A DNA stretch of 42,461 nt from a virus. The position numbers and the translations under genes were made by a program. Positions 16,770-26,287 of this stretch are shown piece by piece. The first letter of the stretch is position 1, and every line of letters begins with the position of its first letter. The notes below the pieces were generated by a model. That model was not told the DNA's origin and made no database searches. It saw only the letters and a program-made list of their open reading frames with translations. The DNA is taken from IMG/VR virus record IMGVR_UViG_3300005077_000099, positions 1 through 42,461 of that record. One strand, given 5' to 3'.

Positions 16770-17339
16770 ATGTATATATCTTTTAAGACGCATTTACACA
16801 ATCCAGACAAGCCAGAGGGTATGCCCGATGAATGGATTTGGGGTACTGTTGTTCCATCTGAGACAAACGAAGCACCAGATCAATCAGGTGAATGGGTTAC
16901 TTTAACCAAAGAACAATTTGATGCTTACAAGGTTTTACATAGAGCAAGTTATCAAGCTTATATTGATGCTATTGAAGCAGAAGAAAATGCAGTTAAAGAA
17001 ATGCTTAGAGTAAATCAAGAGAAAATTGATTTTGGCAGAAAGCTAATGCTCAACTTTAAAAATATGAATATTGAACAAGGTATCAACCCAGTTCAAGCAA
17101 TTTGGTTACACGCTAAGACTAGAAAGCTACAAGTTCAAATACCGCAACAAGCTTTTGGTGCTGCCATTGATTGCGAAGTCGATATTTTAAATATGGCTTT
17201 ATCTGGTGACTTAGAGGCTGGCTGTATTGCACTTCAATTCGCAATACCTGATGATATGACAGAAGCCTATCATTGGTTAAATCAAGATAGAATAAATTTT
17301 TTAGTAACAGAGATTAAAGCATATTTAGGATGGCCATGA
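16770..17339 (+). CDS. Hypothetical protein (189 aa)
   Basis: ORF in operon context. Confidence 0.55.
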   Translation: MYISFKTHLHNPDKPEGMPDEWIWGTVVPSETNEAPDQSGEWVTLTKEQFDAYKVLHRASYQAYIDAIEAEENAVKEMLRVNQEKIDFGRKLMLNFKNMNIEQGINPVQAIWLHAKTRKLQVQIPQQAFGAAIDCEVDILNMALSGDLEAGCIALQFAIPDDMTEAYHWLNQDRINFLVTEIKAYLGWP

Positions 17340-17569
17340 ATTTAACCGTAATTTTTATTTTATCAGCAACTGTTATAATTGCCGCTTTTGATGTTTTCAT
17401 CATAGCTAAAAAGGGAAAACAAGAGTCAATCTCTGCCCATATAATAAGAGGATCTAAGCAATATCCATTATTGGTTCTACTTTTTGGAATACTTTTAGGA
17501 CATCTATTTTGGTCTATGAGAACTGAGGATATCTACTACAATACTGAATGCAAAGAAATACCCAGATAA
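17330..17569 (+). CDS. Two-TM small membrane protein (79 aa); holin candidate
   Basis: TM1 is LTVIFILSATVIIAAFDVFIIA and TM2 is YPLLVLLFGILLGHLFWSM. It overlaps the upstream stop. Confidence 0.45.
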   Translation: MAMNLTVIFILSATVIIAAFDVFIIAKKGKQESISAHIIRGSKQYPLLVLLFGILLGHLFWSMRTEDIYYNTECKEIPR

Positions 17570-17644
17570 TTGCAAAATTACAATTATATGGTACGCTTAA
17601 TAGCGTGTATACACTAAGAAGCCCTTAAGGAGTGGAGGTTTAAA

Positions 17645-19183
17645 ATGATTAAAGGCTATTCATCCGATCAAAAACTTGGCGATCAAACTTACGTAACATT
17701 ACAAAAAATTAGCGGCGGTAAATCAGCCGCGGATATGCTTCCTAAAGCAGTTTATGCTACTCAAGTACCTAATTTTATTCCAGAAGGTGGTACATCTAGA
17801 TCAATCACTTTAACTGCCCATACAGCTCAAGTTGGAGATATGATCCGCTTTGTTGCTGGTCAATTCGATGGAATTGAATTAACAGTAGCAAGTGTAACAG
17901 CGAATACTATCTCTTTTGACCATGATTTAGGATCAGCCATTACAGGTGCTGACGAATTTAAAATTTTAAAATATTTAACACTAACAATCGATAAAAATGG
18001 GAACTTACAGACTTCTCAAGGTCCAATACAATTTGTAAAGGATGCCGCAGTAGTCCAAGTCACTAAAGATACAGTAGACTCAAATAATACCGTAGCTCTT
18101 CCAGTAGAAATTGTTGGAGCTGATGGAGCTGTAATCAATATTACTGCTGGAGATATCAACGTACAAAACAGCCATACTGGAGCTAATCCAGATTCCATTC
18201 AAATAGGGAATGGGACAAATACAATGGACGTAAATGCTAGTAAGGAGGCACTTACTCATGATCAGGATGTACTAGATGAACTAGTTCTCCAAAAAGCATT
18301 ACTTACGTCTTTAGAAGCTAAAGATTTTTCAACAGCTACTTTACAGGGAGTTGCTAATACTTCCCTAGCTGCTATTTTAGCTAAAATCATCGCGGCTCCA
18401 GCTACTGAAGCTAAGCAAGATACAACTATTGCGGCTTTAGCTAGTTTACTTGCAGAGCTTCAATTAAAAGCAGATTTAACTGAAACTCAACCAGTAAGTG
18501 CTGCTTCTTTGCCTCTACCTTCTGGTGCGGCTACTGAAGCTAAGCAAGATACTGGAAATACAGCCTTAGCGAGTATTTTAGCTAAAATCATCGCGGCTCC
18601 AGCTACTGAGGCAAAACAAGATACTACAATCACGGCTCTTGGGTCATTATTGACAGAACTTCAATTAAAAGCTGATTTATCTGAAACTCAACCAGTAAGT
18701 GCGGCTTCATTACCGTTACCGACAGGGGCGGCTACTGAAGCAAAACAAGATACAGCAATAACTGCTCTTGGAGATATATTAGCTAAGATTATAGCGGCTC
18801 CAGCTACTGAAGCTAAGCAAGACACTATAATTACAGCTTTAAACAGTTTAATAGCTGACAAAGTAAATCTAGATACTGTTGCGTCAGTTTCTCCAATTAG
18901 TATTTTATCTAATAACATTCCAGCGGTAGGAGATACTACTGGATTGCAATTAGTGGCTTCTACTGCTTCAGATATTAAGAAAATTCAAACTATTGAAGAT
19001 GTAGGGGAGTATTTAGGGCTTTACTCTGGTGCCCCTTCTTCATTACAATTAGAGTGTATCTTACCTATAGCTGGAGGAATTGTTGATGTTAATATCCCAG
19101 CTGGTACAAGGCTTTCAATAAAGCATTTAAAAGCCTCTGTAATTTCGACAGATACATACTTTGCTGTTAATTTACTAGGATAA
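17645..19183 (+). CDS. Tail fibre protein with internal 67-aa tandem repeats
   Basis: RBS GGAGTGGAGG. The repeat unit is ILAKIIAAPATEAKQDTTI.AL.SLL.ELQLKADL.ETQPVSAASLPLP.GAATEAKQDT, present in 2.4 copies. Confidence 0.65.
   Translation: MIKGYSSDQKLGDQTYVTLQKISGGKSAADMLPKAVYATQVPNFIPEGGTSRSITLTAHTAQVGDMIRFVAGQFDGIELTVASVTANTISFDHDLGSAITGADEFKILKYLTLTIDKNGNLQTSQGPIQFVKDAAVVQVTKDTVDSNNTVALPVEIVGADGAVINITAGDINVQNSHTGANPDSIQIGNGTNTMDVNASKEALTHDQDVLDELVLQKALLTSLEAKDFSTATLQGVANTSLAAILAKIIAAPATEAKQDTTIAALASLLAELQLKADLTETQPVSAASLPLPSGAATEAKQDTGNTALASILAKIIAAPATEAKQDTTITALGSLLTELQLKADLSETQPVSAASLPLPTGAATEAKQDTAITALGDILAKIIAAPATEAKQDTIITALNSLIADKVNLDTVASVSPISILSNNIPAVGDTTGLQLVASTASDIKKIQTIEDVGEYLGLYSGAPSSLQLECILPIAGGIVDVNIPAGTRLSIKHLKASVISTDTYFAVNLLG
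18374..18860 (+). repeat. 201-bp in-frame tandem repeat (about 2.4 copies) inside the fibre gene
   Basis: Units start at about 18374, 18575 and 18776. The motif attttagctaaaatcatcgcggctccagctactga recurs nearly exactly. Confidence 0.85.
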
Positions 19184-19195
19184 GGAGTTAATCGG

Positions 19196-21610
19196 ATGAA
19201 ATATTTAATATCACTATTAATCTGCTTCAAAGCTTTTGCTGGAGCTGGTACATTCCCTCAGGGGGACCATGTAAAATTGTTGAAAGATATTCTAGAGTTT
19301 AAAACTGGAATAACCATAGGTAAAGGGTCTGTAAACCCAATGGTCACAGCTACTCCAGCAGATGCTGGGTCTATTTTACTAGCAAATGGTAAAATTTATC
19401 TTAAAGAAGATGCTGGAATGACTACAAACTGGCATCAAATAGACCTCCCAGATCAAACTTCTCAATCAGGGAAATATCTTAAAACAAACGGTATTGTTTC
19501 TAGTTGGAACGAAGTAAATAACGATGTAAACGACATTAAAAACAATCTACTTAACTGTGCAAGCTTTGAAGGCTGTTCACCAGAGGGTGTTATCACACTT
19601 GGATCTGGATTCGATGTATCAGGTACAACAACAAGAACAGTTGAGGCATCTGCATACAATACAACTAAATTAAATGTGGTCGGAACTGCTACAGATACAA
19701 TTAGCTACAAAGTAACAAAGTCAGTAAACTTTGAAGATCAACAAATGTATGCTTATTGTGAAATCAAAACAACTAAGCCATTAACAGTTTTTAGAGTTTA
19801 TTCAGATAGTAATCTACAGGCAAGCCTAGATGTTTCATCTGATGATAAATGGAAATATTACAAGATCCCTTTTGTTGGCGGTGCTACATCACAAGAATTT
19901 GAAATCTATTCAAGTGACACAACAAGTGCAAGTGGAATTGATATTGATAACTGCTATATAGGTAAAGCTCATCCTGATTTAATTCAAGAAGTAAGTGAAG
20001 CTCATTTTGTTGGAAGTTTAGTTTATTATGCTTCATCTTGCACATGGAGTACAACTGTATGGGGTTTACCACCAGTTAATGCAAGCTGTAACGCATCAAG
20101 TATAGAAGGAAACATATTAGCACCGTCTACAAAAATACCCGCAGTTAGTTTTCAAGCCAGAACAGACGGATATTATAAAGTAACGTGGCAAGGTCTTTTA
20201 TATAAGAGTACAACAGATGGAGCGTGTAGTTTTTCCTTATCTAGCTCTAATGGCTATGATAATCAAGGTGTAGCTTATGCAGAGGGGGCAAATGGTAGGT
20301 CTGTAAATAATTTGGTTGGAAATTTTAGATTTAACTCTACTGGATTAAAAACAATCACAACTATGGGCTATAGAGAGTCTGGGTCTGGGTCTTGTTTTAT
20401 ATATGGCGACCTAGGTCACCCCTCTAAAATGAGTGTCTACTTCTACCCAGACGACAAATCAACAATTGTTACACAAGATACAGAGTTAACGGCAAAAACT
20501 GCGAATGATTTTGATATAAAAGTAAGAAACAATGGCTCAAGTTGCGCCGTTGCCAGTGATGTTTATGAGATTGTTCAATCAATAACCAGAACGTCTGCGG
20601 GATATTGTACGATAACTTTAAAGTCTGGAATACTAACAGACACAGATTATACTTGTTTAGGTGATTCTGATAACGATGCAACAGCACAAACTACTTGTTA
20701 TATAGCATCAACAACAGAGATAAGAGGATACACAAGAGAAAATACAACACCTTACGATAGAGACTTTAGTATAAAGATAACTAAATCAAAGGCTCAATAC
20801 AACAAACACGCAACAATTGTCGGTAAGTTTGAAAATATTAATTCGAGTGAGTTGTCTAAATTTAGAGGTGCTGGGAATTCTGGGCAAGCTGTTTCAAGTA
20901 GTATTGATATGCCGTTTACCGAGATAAATGATAAAAATAGCAATTGGGATGGTGATAGTTTTTTAGCTACAAACGCAGGTGATTATCTTGTATGTGGTTC
21001 AGCTAACTTTACAACGTCATCTAATACAGTAATAAATGCCTATGTAAACGGAACACTTAGAAAGGCACTGTCATTCTATGGTTCATCAAAAGCAGAACAT
21101 CCATTTTGCGGTGTTGTAAATCTTCAATCAGGTGAATCTTTATCGGTAAGACCGGCAAACGCATTAACATTATTAAACAGCGCTCAATATCATCATCTAT
21201 ATATACTTCAATGGTCTGATTTTGAATCAGTCGTTGCAAACATAAGCAAGCAAAAGACTAAGTGTCAGACTAAGTTGCTTACTGCAAATGTTGTATCAAA
21301 CGGAACATTTTTATCATTTTCAAATTTAAGTATTGGTAAATATTATGAATTAACTGGTAACTTAGTTCAGGCATCAACAGCAGTTACGGTTGTTAAATAT
21401 GGAGCAACAGAGGTTGGTTATTATGAAAATAGCTCTGGTGGCAATATTTCACAATCGGTTGTAATAGATATGATAAAACCAACATCAAGTACTTTGGAAA
21501 TATCAAGAAATTCAGGTGGCACAATATTTGGTTCAGCATCAAGAAATAGAACAAATTTCACATTGTGTGAACTTCCAGACACAGTAATAGAAACCACAGA
21601 ATTTAACTAA
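19196..21610 (+). CDS. Large receptor-binding-like protein (804 aa) with a signal-peptide-like N-terminus
   Basis: RBS AAGGAG. The N-terminus is MKYLISLLICFKAFAGAG. The protein is Ser/Thr/Asn-rich with three segments carrying GxY/GDY hallmarks (DGYYKVTWQG, AGDYLVCGSANF, IGKYYELTGN). Confidence 0.6.
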   Translation: MKYLISLLICFKAFAGAGTFPQGDHVKLLKDILEFKTGITIGKGSVNPMVTATPADAGSILLANGKIYLKEDAGMTTNWHQIDLPDQTSQSGKYLKTNGIVSSWNEVNNDVNDIKNNLLNCASFEGCSPEGVITLGSGFDVSGTTTRTVEASAYNTTKLNVVGTATDTISYKVTKSVNFEDQQMYAYCEIKTTKPLTVFRVYSDSNLQASLDVSSDDKWKYYKIPFVGGATSQEFEIYSSDTTSASGIDIDNCYIGKAHPDLIQEVSEAHFVGSLVYYASSCTWSTTVWGLPPVNASCNASSIEGNILAPSTKIPAVSFQARTDGYYKVTWQGLLYKSTTDGACSFSLSSSNGYDNQGVAYAEGANGRSVNNLVGNFRFNSTGLKTITTMGYRESGSGSCFIYGDLGHPSKMSVYFYPDDKSTIVTQDTELTAKTANDFDIKVRNNGSSCAVASDVYEIVQSITRTSAGYCTITLKSGILTDTDYTCLGDSDNDATAQTTCYIASTTEIRGYTRENTTPYDRDFSIKITKSKAQYNKHATIVGKFENINSSELSKFRGAGNSGQAVSSSIDMPFTEINDKNSNWDGDSFLATNAGDYLVCGSANFTTSSNTVINAYVNGTLRKALSFYGSSKAEHPFCGVVNLQSGESLSVRPANALTLLNSAQYHHLYILQWSDFESVVANISKQKTKCQTKLLTANVVSNGTFLSFSNLSIGKYYELTGNLVQASTAVTVVKYGATEVGYYENSSGGNISQSVVIDMIKPTSSTLEISRNSGGTIFGSASRNRTNFTLCELPDTVIETTEFN

Positions 21611-21619
21611 GGATAACTA

Positions 21620-22084
21620 ATGAAATATACCATTTTAGTCATAAGTCTACTTTATACCATTTCTGGGATAGCACAAATGAAAGTTGAAATCATTCCTACT
21701 GATAGCAACTATGCAAAGATGCAATTGGATTGCACAAATGTACAAGATTGTGATGCAAAGCTTTTAGCATGGATTGATAAGCAGAAATCATTTGTCGGTA
21801 CTTGGAATGATACTAAAAAAGACCATCTTGTTAAAAGAGTTGAAACCAACCTAGAAAATGAGAATGTCACTAAGTATTACCACCCATTAGATTTTTCTGT
21901 TAATATAATTGACGAGACAGAGAAAGTAGCTAAAGAGAAAAAAGATAGAGAAGATAAGAAAGCTTTAAGAAAATCTATGAAATCACAGTCATTAAAGAAA
22001 AAGTCTAATGAATCTGTGGACGAATGGAGATCAAGGGTTGCTGATGCTTTAGACGAAATTTTAAAAGATATGTCAGAGGAATAA
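21620..22084 (+). CDS. Secreted-looking protein (154 aa) with a Lys/Glu-rich C-terminus
   Basis: The N-terminus MKYTILVISLLYTISGIAQ looks like a signal peptide. RBS AAGGA. Confidence 0.55.
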   Translation: MKYTILVISLLYTISGIAQMKVEIIPTDSNYAKMQLDCTNVQDCDAKLLAWIDKQKSFVGTWNDTKKDHLVKRVETNLENENVTKYYHPLDFSVNIIDETEKVAKEKKDREDKKALRKSMKSQSLKKKSNESVDEWRSRVADALDEILKDMSEE

Positions 22085-22094
22085 GGAGAGATTT

Positions 22095-22493
22095 ATGTAT
22101 ATAGCTGGTATCAAAGTAGGTGGAGATGACGAAAAGAAAACTCCAAAGAAAAATCTAGTGGCAAAATCTGCTGAAGTAGAAAAAGCTCCTTCTGCAGAAA
22201 CTAAATCAGATTCTATGGAATCTAAAAGCGACACTGACTATTCTGCTATGGGTAAGCAAGGAGCTAAAGCAGCTGCTTCTGGTGCTAGTGGGGCAAACGT
22301 CGCTTCTTCTGCTATGATGGCTTCTGGAAATCCATATCTAATTGCTGCTGGAGCTGGTCTTGGAGTATTAAGTGCTAGTCAAGCTAGAAATAGGGCCAAT
22401 GCAGAAGCTAAAGTCGAAATGGAAATGACAAGAAGAGCTAGAATAGCAGATGCAATGTCAAAATTAGGATCTGGAGTAGGATCAATAGGATAA
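22095..22493 (+). CDS. Hypothetical Ala/Gly/Ser-rich virion protein (132 aa)
   Basis: RBS AAGGAG and operon context. Confidence 0.55.
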   Translation: MYIAGIKVGGDDEKKTPKKNLVAKSAEVEKAPSAETKSDSMESKSDTDYSAMGKQGAKAAASGASGANVASSAMMASGNPYLIAAGAGLGVLSASQARNRANAEAKVEMEMTRRARIADAMSKLGSGVGSIG

Positions 22494-22495
22494 TT

Positions 22496-23401
22496 ATGAG
22501 AAGATTAGAACTCTTAATAAAAGAAGTTAGGCAATCATCTGATACCGACGATATTAACTCAATATCAGATTTTGAGTTGATGAGGTATTTTAATGATGCC
22601 CAAAAATCTATCCAAAACGTAATTTATCAGTCTAATTCCTCTGCTGATGTATTTGTAAAAGAATACCTCTTAGGATTAGAACCAGAGGTACAACAATACC
22701 CTCTACCCTTAGATATTTACGCTAAAAACTCTGTAGTATCCGTAAGCTTAACTAGAGATGGTAGAATCTACCAACCTCTTAAAAGAGCGGCTTATAGAGA
22801 AAAAGAAGTTGTTCTTGGATACTCTTTATTAGGGAATAATCTAGTATTAACTTCTAATCCTTCCACAATGTCAGCAAGACAATTAATAATGACCTATAAT
22901 TATAGACTCCCATTATTAAGCTTAAGAGTTGGTAAAATATCAGCTGTAGATAATAATGCTAAGACAATAACTCTTGGGTCGGACTATCTATCTGACTTCT
23001 ATGAAAGACACGAATATATCTCAATTGTGGATAAGTTCGGAAATAGAATCCTAGATACTGATTCTTTAGGAAACCAAATTCAAAAAAATCTATATATCGA
23101 TAGCTTTAACCAAAGCACTTTTGTTATTACTACAGATGGAGACCTATCAAATGTCGATAATACCCACTATGTAGTTATGGGTGAAAATAGCTGTTCACAT
23201 CCATTCCTTCCAGAAGAATGCGAGCCATTTCTTTTAGCTCATGTTCAAAGAAGAATCCTTTCTAAAATATCCTCTGAAGATGTTATTAAAGAAAGTGCTT
23301 TTACTGCTGAGGAAAGACAGGATATAATCACTCTGTTCGAAGATAATGTTAAAGACATCCTTTATCCAGTATCTACTGATAGAGACTACATGGGGTACTA
23401 A
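22496..23401 (+). CDS. Hypothetical tail or adaptor-region protein (301 aa)
   Basis: ORF whose stop overlaps the start of the next gene (TAATG). Confidence 0.55.
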   Translation: MRRLELLIKEVRQSSDTDDINSISDFELMRYFNDAQKSIQNVIYQSNSSADVFVKEYLLGLEPEVQQYPLPLDIYAKNSVVSVSLTRDGRIYQPLKRAAYREKEVVLGYSLLGNNLVLTSNPSTMSARQLIMTYNYRLPLLSLRVGKISAVDNNAKTITLGSDYLSDFYERHEYISIVDKFGNRILDTDSLGNQIQKNLYIDSFNQSTFVITTDGDLSNVDNTHYVVMGENSCSHPFLPEECEPFLLAHVQRRILSKISSEDVIKESAFTAEERQDIITLFEDNVKDILYPVSTDRDYMGY

Positions 23402-25167
23402 TGGCAAGTAAACATAAAAAGTACGTTTTTAGAGGCTTAGATGTTAAAACAAATAGGCTCTACAGACAGGAAGGCACTGCTTCTGACTGTAGAAACGTAA
23501 TGCTAGACCACTCTAGAAACCTTGTTAAAAGACCTGATTTTGACACTATTACTCCCCCAAGAGGAACTGATGGGGAAGTTGGAGAGTTCTTAGATAAGCT
23601 CCCATTTCACGCGGTTATTGTGGATATGGTTCCTTATGAAACCTATTTTGTATTGGTTACATTAATCAATATTGGGACCCTTCCATTAGATAATAGATAT
23701 GTAAATAAATTCTATAAATGGTTCCCTTCTTCAAATACAGTCGAGTTTATCCCCTTTAACCAAGAGACTTCTGTGACTTCTGAAGAGGGTCAAATAAGAG
23801 AAGGAGCTATGGTTAATATCGATGGTAAATGCCATTATGTTAATCAGGAAAACATCCTTTATATGGTCGGGCATAACCCAAAGACAAATTCATCTGATTT
23901 TACTTATGATAAAGTGGCAGCGCTAAACGACCTAACTTCTGTTCATGCTTTTGATGGTAAAGTCATAACTAGAGCTGGATGCCCTCAATCAGTTTCAGAT
24001 ACAACTAAAGATGTTGGCTCTCAATCAGCCACTAATAATGAATACATCCGTTTAGTTCCTTTTAAAATAGATGATAAAGGAAGATGGACGTTTGGAAACT
24101 ACTCAACTCATTTATCTAATTATACTTTATCTGGTCCAGCATATATGCAGAAGTTTACTATACCTTGGGCTAGTTATGAGTATAAATATGAAAATGAAGT
24201 TTTCTTTGTTCCCACCAATACTCAGAATATGCTATCAACAGATTCTGTGGCATTGAGAACAGCTCAGTGTACCATCTATGAGCCATCGGGCACTTACAGG
24301 GGAGCGTCTATAAATAAGGGGCAATATCTTTATTCTGTAAAAAGATATGACTCTTTTACTCCAGCTGGACCGACTCCGACTAGATCTAGTACTACTTTTG
24401 AAATCTATAGATGTACAATTGAAGATTTTACTCTTGGCTCCCCAGACACTGTAGTTCTTGGTGAATTTAAAATATATAATTCTGAAACAGGTCAGTGGGA
24501 TGATTCTCTAAATTTCCGAACTACTTCTGGAAAGGCTTGTAGTAATATCCTAATGGCCGTCTACAGCTCAGACGAATTTGCTTATGGGTTTGACTTTAAG
24601 CTCGTAATGGCTTGGGCTACTGATGGAGTAGATTTACTTGATAACTTCCCTACAACTAAGGGATCAAGCTCTATAACTTCTGCAAATTTCACATCCCCTC
24701 TTCTATTTATCCAAGAAAGTTTTGCGGATACATATGACGAAGAAACAGTTAAACTTGTTCCACCAAAAGCAAATAGCATAACAAACTATGCCACTGCCCT
24801 ATTAATTACAGATCATGATAATTTATATTTTAGTGATTTATCTGTTGGTGGAGGTATAGAATCTTTTACTCCTTTTGATACTTTTCCAGTAGGGTCTAGT
24901 AAACGAGGGAGGATAAAAGGTGTTTTCGCCAATGAGACTTTCTTGACAGTATTTAGAGAGCAAGAAGCCTATTACATTTCTGGAAATATCTTCCTACAAA
25001 ACTATAGAGTTCAGTCGTATTATTCAACTAGGATAGGTCTTTCAGATCCAAGAGGGATGCTAGAATTAAATGGATCTGGGATATTCCCATCTTCCAGAGG
25101 ATTCTACGTATGTGGTCAAGGTGCTCAAATGAATGAGATTTCTGACCAGCTAGATCCTCACCTTTAA
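23401..25167 (+). CDS. Large tail protein, N-terminal 588-aa part of an apparently split gene
   Basis: The long ORF ends at CTT TAA (25165-25167). The +1 frame is open from 25154 and continues into 25193..25624. Confidence 0.6.
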   Translation: MASKHKKYVFRGLDVKTNRLYRQEGTASDCRNVMLDHSRNLVKRPDFDTITPPRGTDGEVGEFLDKLPFHAVIVDMVPYETYFVLVTLINIGTLPLDNRYVNKFYKWFPSSNTVEFIPFNQETSVTSEEGQIREGAMVNIDGKCHYVNQENILYMVGHNPKTNSSDFTYDKVAALNDLTSVHAFDGKVITRAGCPQSVSDTTKDVGSQSATNNEYIRLVPFKIDDKGRWTFGNYSTHLSNYTLSGPAYMQKFTIPWASYEYKYENEVFFVPTNTQNMLSTDSVALRTAQCTIYEPSGTYRGASINKGQYLYSVKRYDSFTPAGPTPTRSSTTFEIYRCTIEDFTLGSPDTVVLGEFKIYNSETGQWDDSLNFRTTSGKACSNILMAVYSSDEFAYGFDFKLVMAWATDGVDLLDNFPTTKGSSSITSANFTSPLLFIQESFADTYDEETVKLVPPKANSITNYATALLITDHDNLYFSDLSVGGGIESFTPFDTFPVGSSKRGRIKGVFANETFLTVFREQEAYYISGNIFLQNYRVQSYYSTRIGLSDPRGMLELNGSGIFPSSRGFYVCGQGAQMNEISDQLDPHL

Positions 25168-25192
25168 CTATTACCACCAAGAATGGTTATTA

Positions 25193-25624
25193 TTGGACGG
25201 TATTGACGCAGAGGGTGGTTTTGATATTCTAAATGATAAGATTTACTACTCTGATGGGGAGAGAATATATGAGCAAAATGATAGCAGAGTGGACAGTGAT
25301 GCTTATTATGTATCTAATTTTGAGACTGTCGGAGAGCCAGCTCTTTACAAAAAGTTTCTCCAAGTTCTTGTATTCTGTACTGACATGATTGAAAGTGCTT
25401 CTTTAGCAATTAAGACTTTTGTCAATTGGGATTACGAGTCAGAGATAACTAACGAACAGGAGACTATCGGAGGGACTAAAAAGCTAATTACTAGACGATT
25501 TAACCCTAAGAGAAGCCTGTGCTCAGCTATACGACTAGAATCTCCATCTGGATCAGAAATGAAATTAGATGGATATGAATATGAATTTGCTATGGATGTG
25601 AGCGCATATAAGAATGAAGATTAA
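25193..25624 (+). CDS. Probable C-terminal continuation of the 23401 gene (+1 frame); annotated separately only with a TTG start
   Basis: There is no ATG and no SD ahead of this ORF. The frame is open back to 25154 and overlaps the upstream stop. Confidence 0.5.
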   Translation: MDGIDAEGGFDILNDKIYYSDGERIYEQNDSRVDSDAYYVSNFETVGEPALYKKFLQVLVFCTDMIESASLAIKTFVNWDYESEITNEQETIGGTKKLITRRFNPKRSLCSAIRLESPSGSEMKLDGYEYEFAMDVSAYKNED

Positions 25625-25961
25625 AAGATTCAACACTCAACTTACTGAAATAGACGTTAATACTGAGGATTTACCTCAGATCCTTAAGGTTGTAAACAGT
25701 AATACTAATGAATTAAATAGTATTTTGAATAAACTTACTATATCATCTAACATGGATGCAGAGGTAAAAACTGTGACTATCCCAGCAAATACTTCGTTAA
25801 GAGTTGGGCATAGGTTAAATACGGTTCCCTTATATCGCCTAATATTGAAGCAAGTTGGTGGTGGCTATATTACTGACTTGAATTATACTGTAAATTATAT
25901 AGAATTAAAGAACAATGGTGCAACAGAATGTACTTTAACCATTGCAATATTAAGGGGTTAA
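25614..25961 (+). CDS. Hypothetical virion-module protein (115 aa)
   Basis: ORF overlapping the upstream gene by 11 nt. Confidence 0.55.
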   Translation: MKIKRFNTQLTEIDVNTEDLPQILKVVNSNTNELNSILNKLTISSNMDAEVKTVTIPANTSLRVGHRLNTVPLYRLILKQVGGGYITDLNYTVNYIELKNNGATECTLTIAILRG

Positions 25962-25962
25962 T

Positions 25963-26286
25963 TTGTATTTTGAGTATATTAGAGAGAGATTAGGCAAAGA
26001 ATCTACCGTTGTCCCTGACAAGGGTTTTGCTATTTATTTCGATACTCCTCATGGATTATACGTAGAAGAGATCTATGTAAAGCCTGAATGTAGAAGAGAA
26101 GGGGTCGCTGAGGCTCTAATGGTAAGACTTCAACATATCGCAAAAGAACGTAATTTTAAATATTTAATTGGGAGCGTGGAAATAAATTCCACTAATCCAG
26201 AGCCTTCATTGATTGGAATGTTGAAGAATGGATTCAAGCTTCATGAAAATAGTGGATCAATGATCTATCTAAAGAAGGAGATATAA
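25963..26286 (+). CDS. GNAT-family N-acetyltransferase (107 aa, TTG start)
   Basis: The acetyl-CoA motif A is YVKPECRREGVAEALM (R-x-x-G-x-A). RBS AAGGGG lies 5 nt before the TTG. Confidence 0.7.
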   Translation: MYFEYIRERLGKESTVVPDKGFAIYFDTPHGLYVEEIYVKPECRREGVAEALMVRLQHIAKERNFKYLIGSVEINSTNPEPSLIGMLKNGFKLHENSGSMIYLKKEI

Positions 26287-26287
26287 T

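Noticed and set aside
17645-21610. Possibility of a diversity-generating retroelement acting on the fibre/RBP genes
   Set aside because: No reverse transcriptase gene is present, and there is no template/variable repeat pair with adenine-specific mismatches. The repeats are in-frame tandem duplications.
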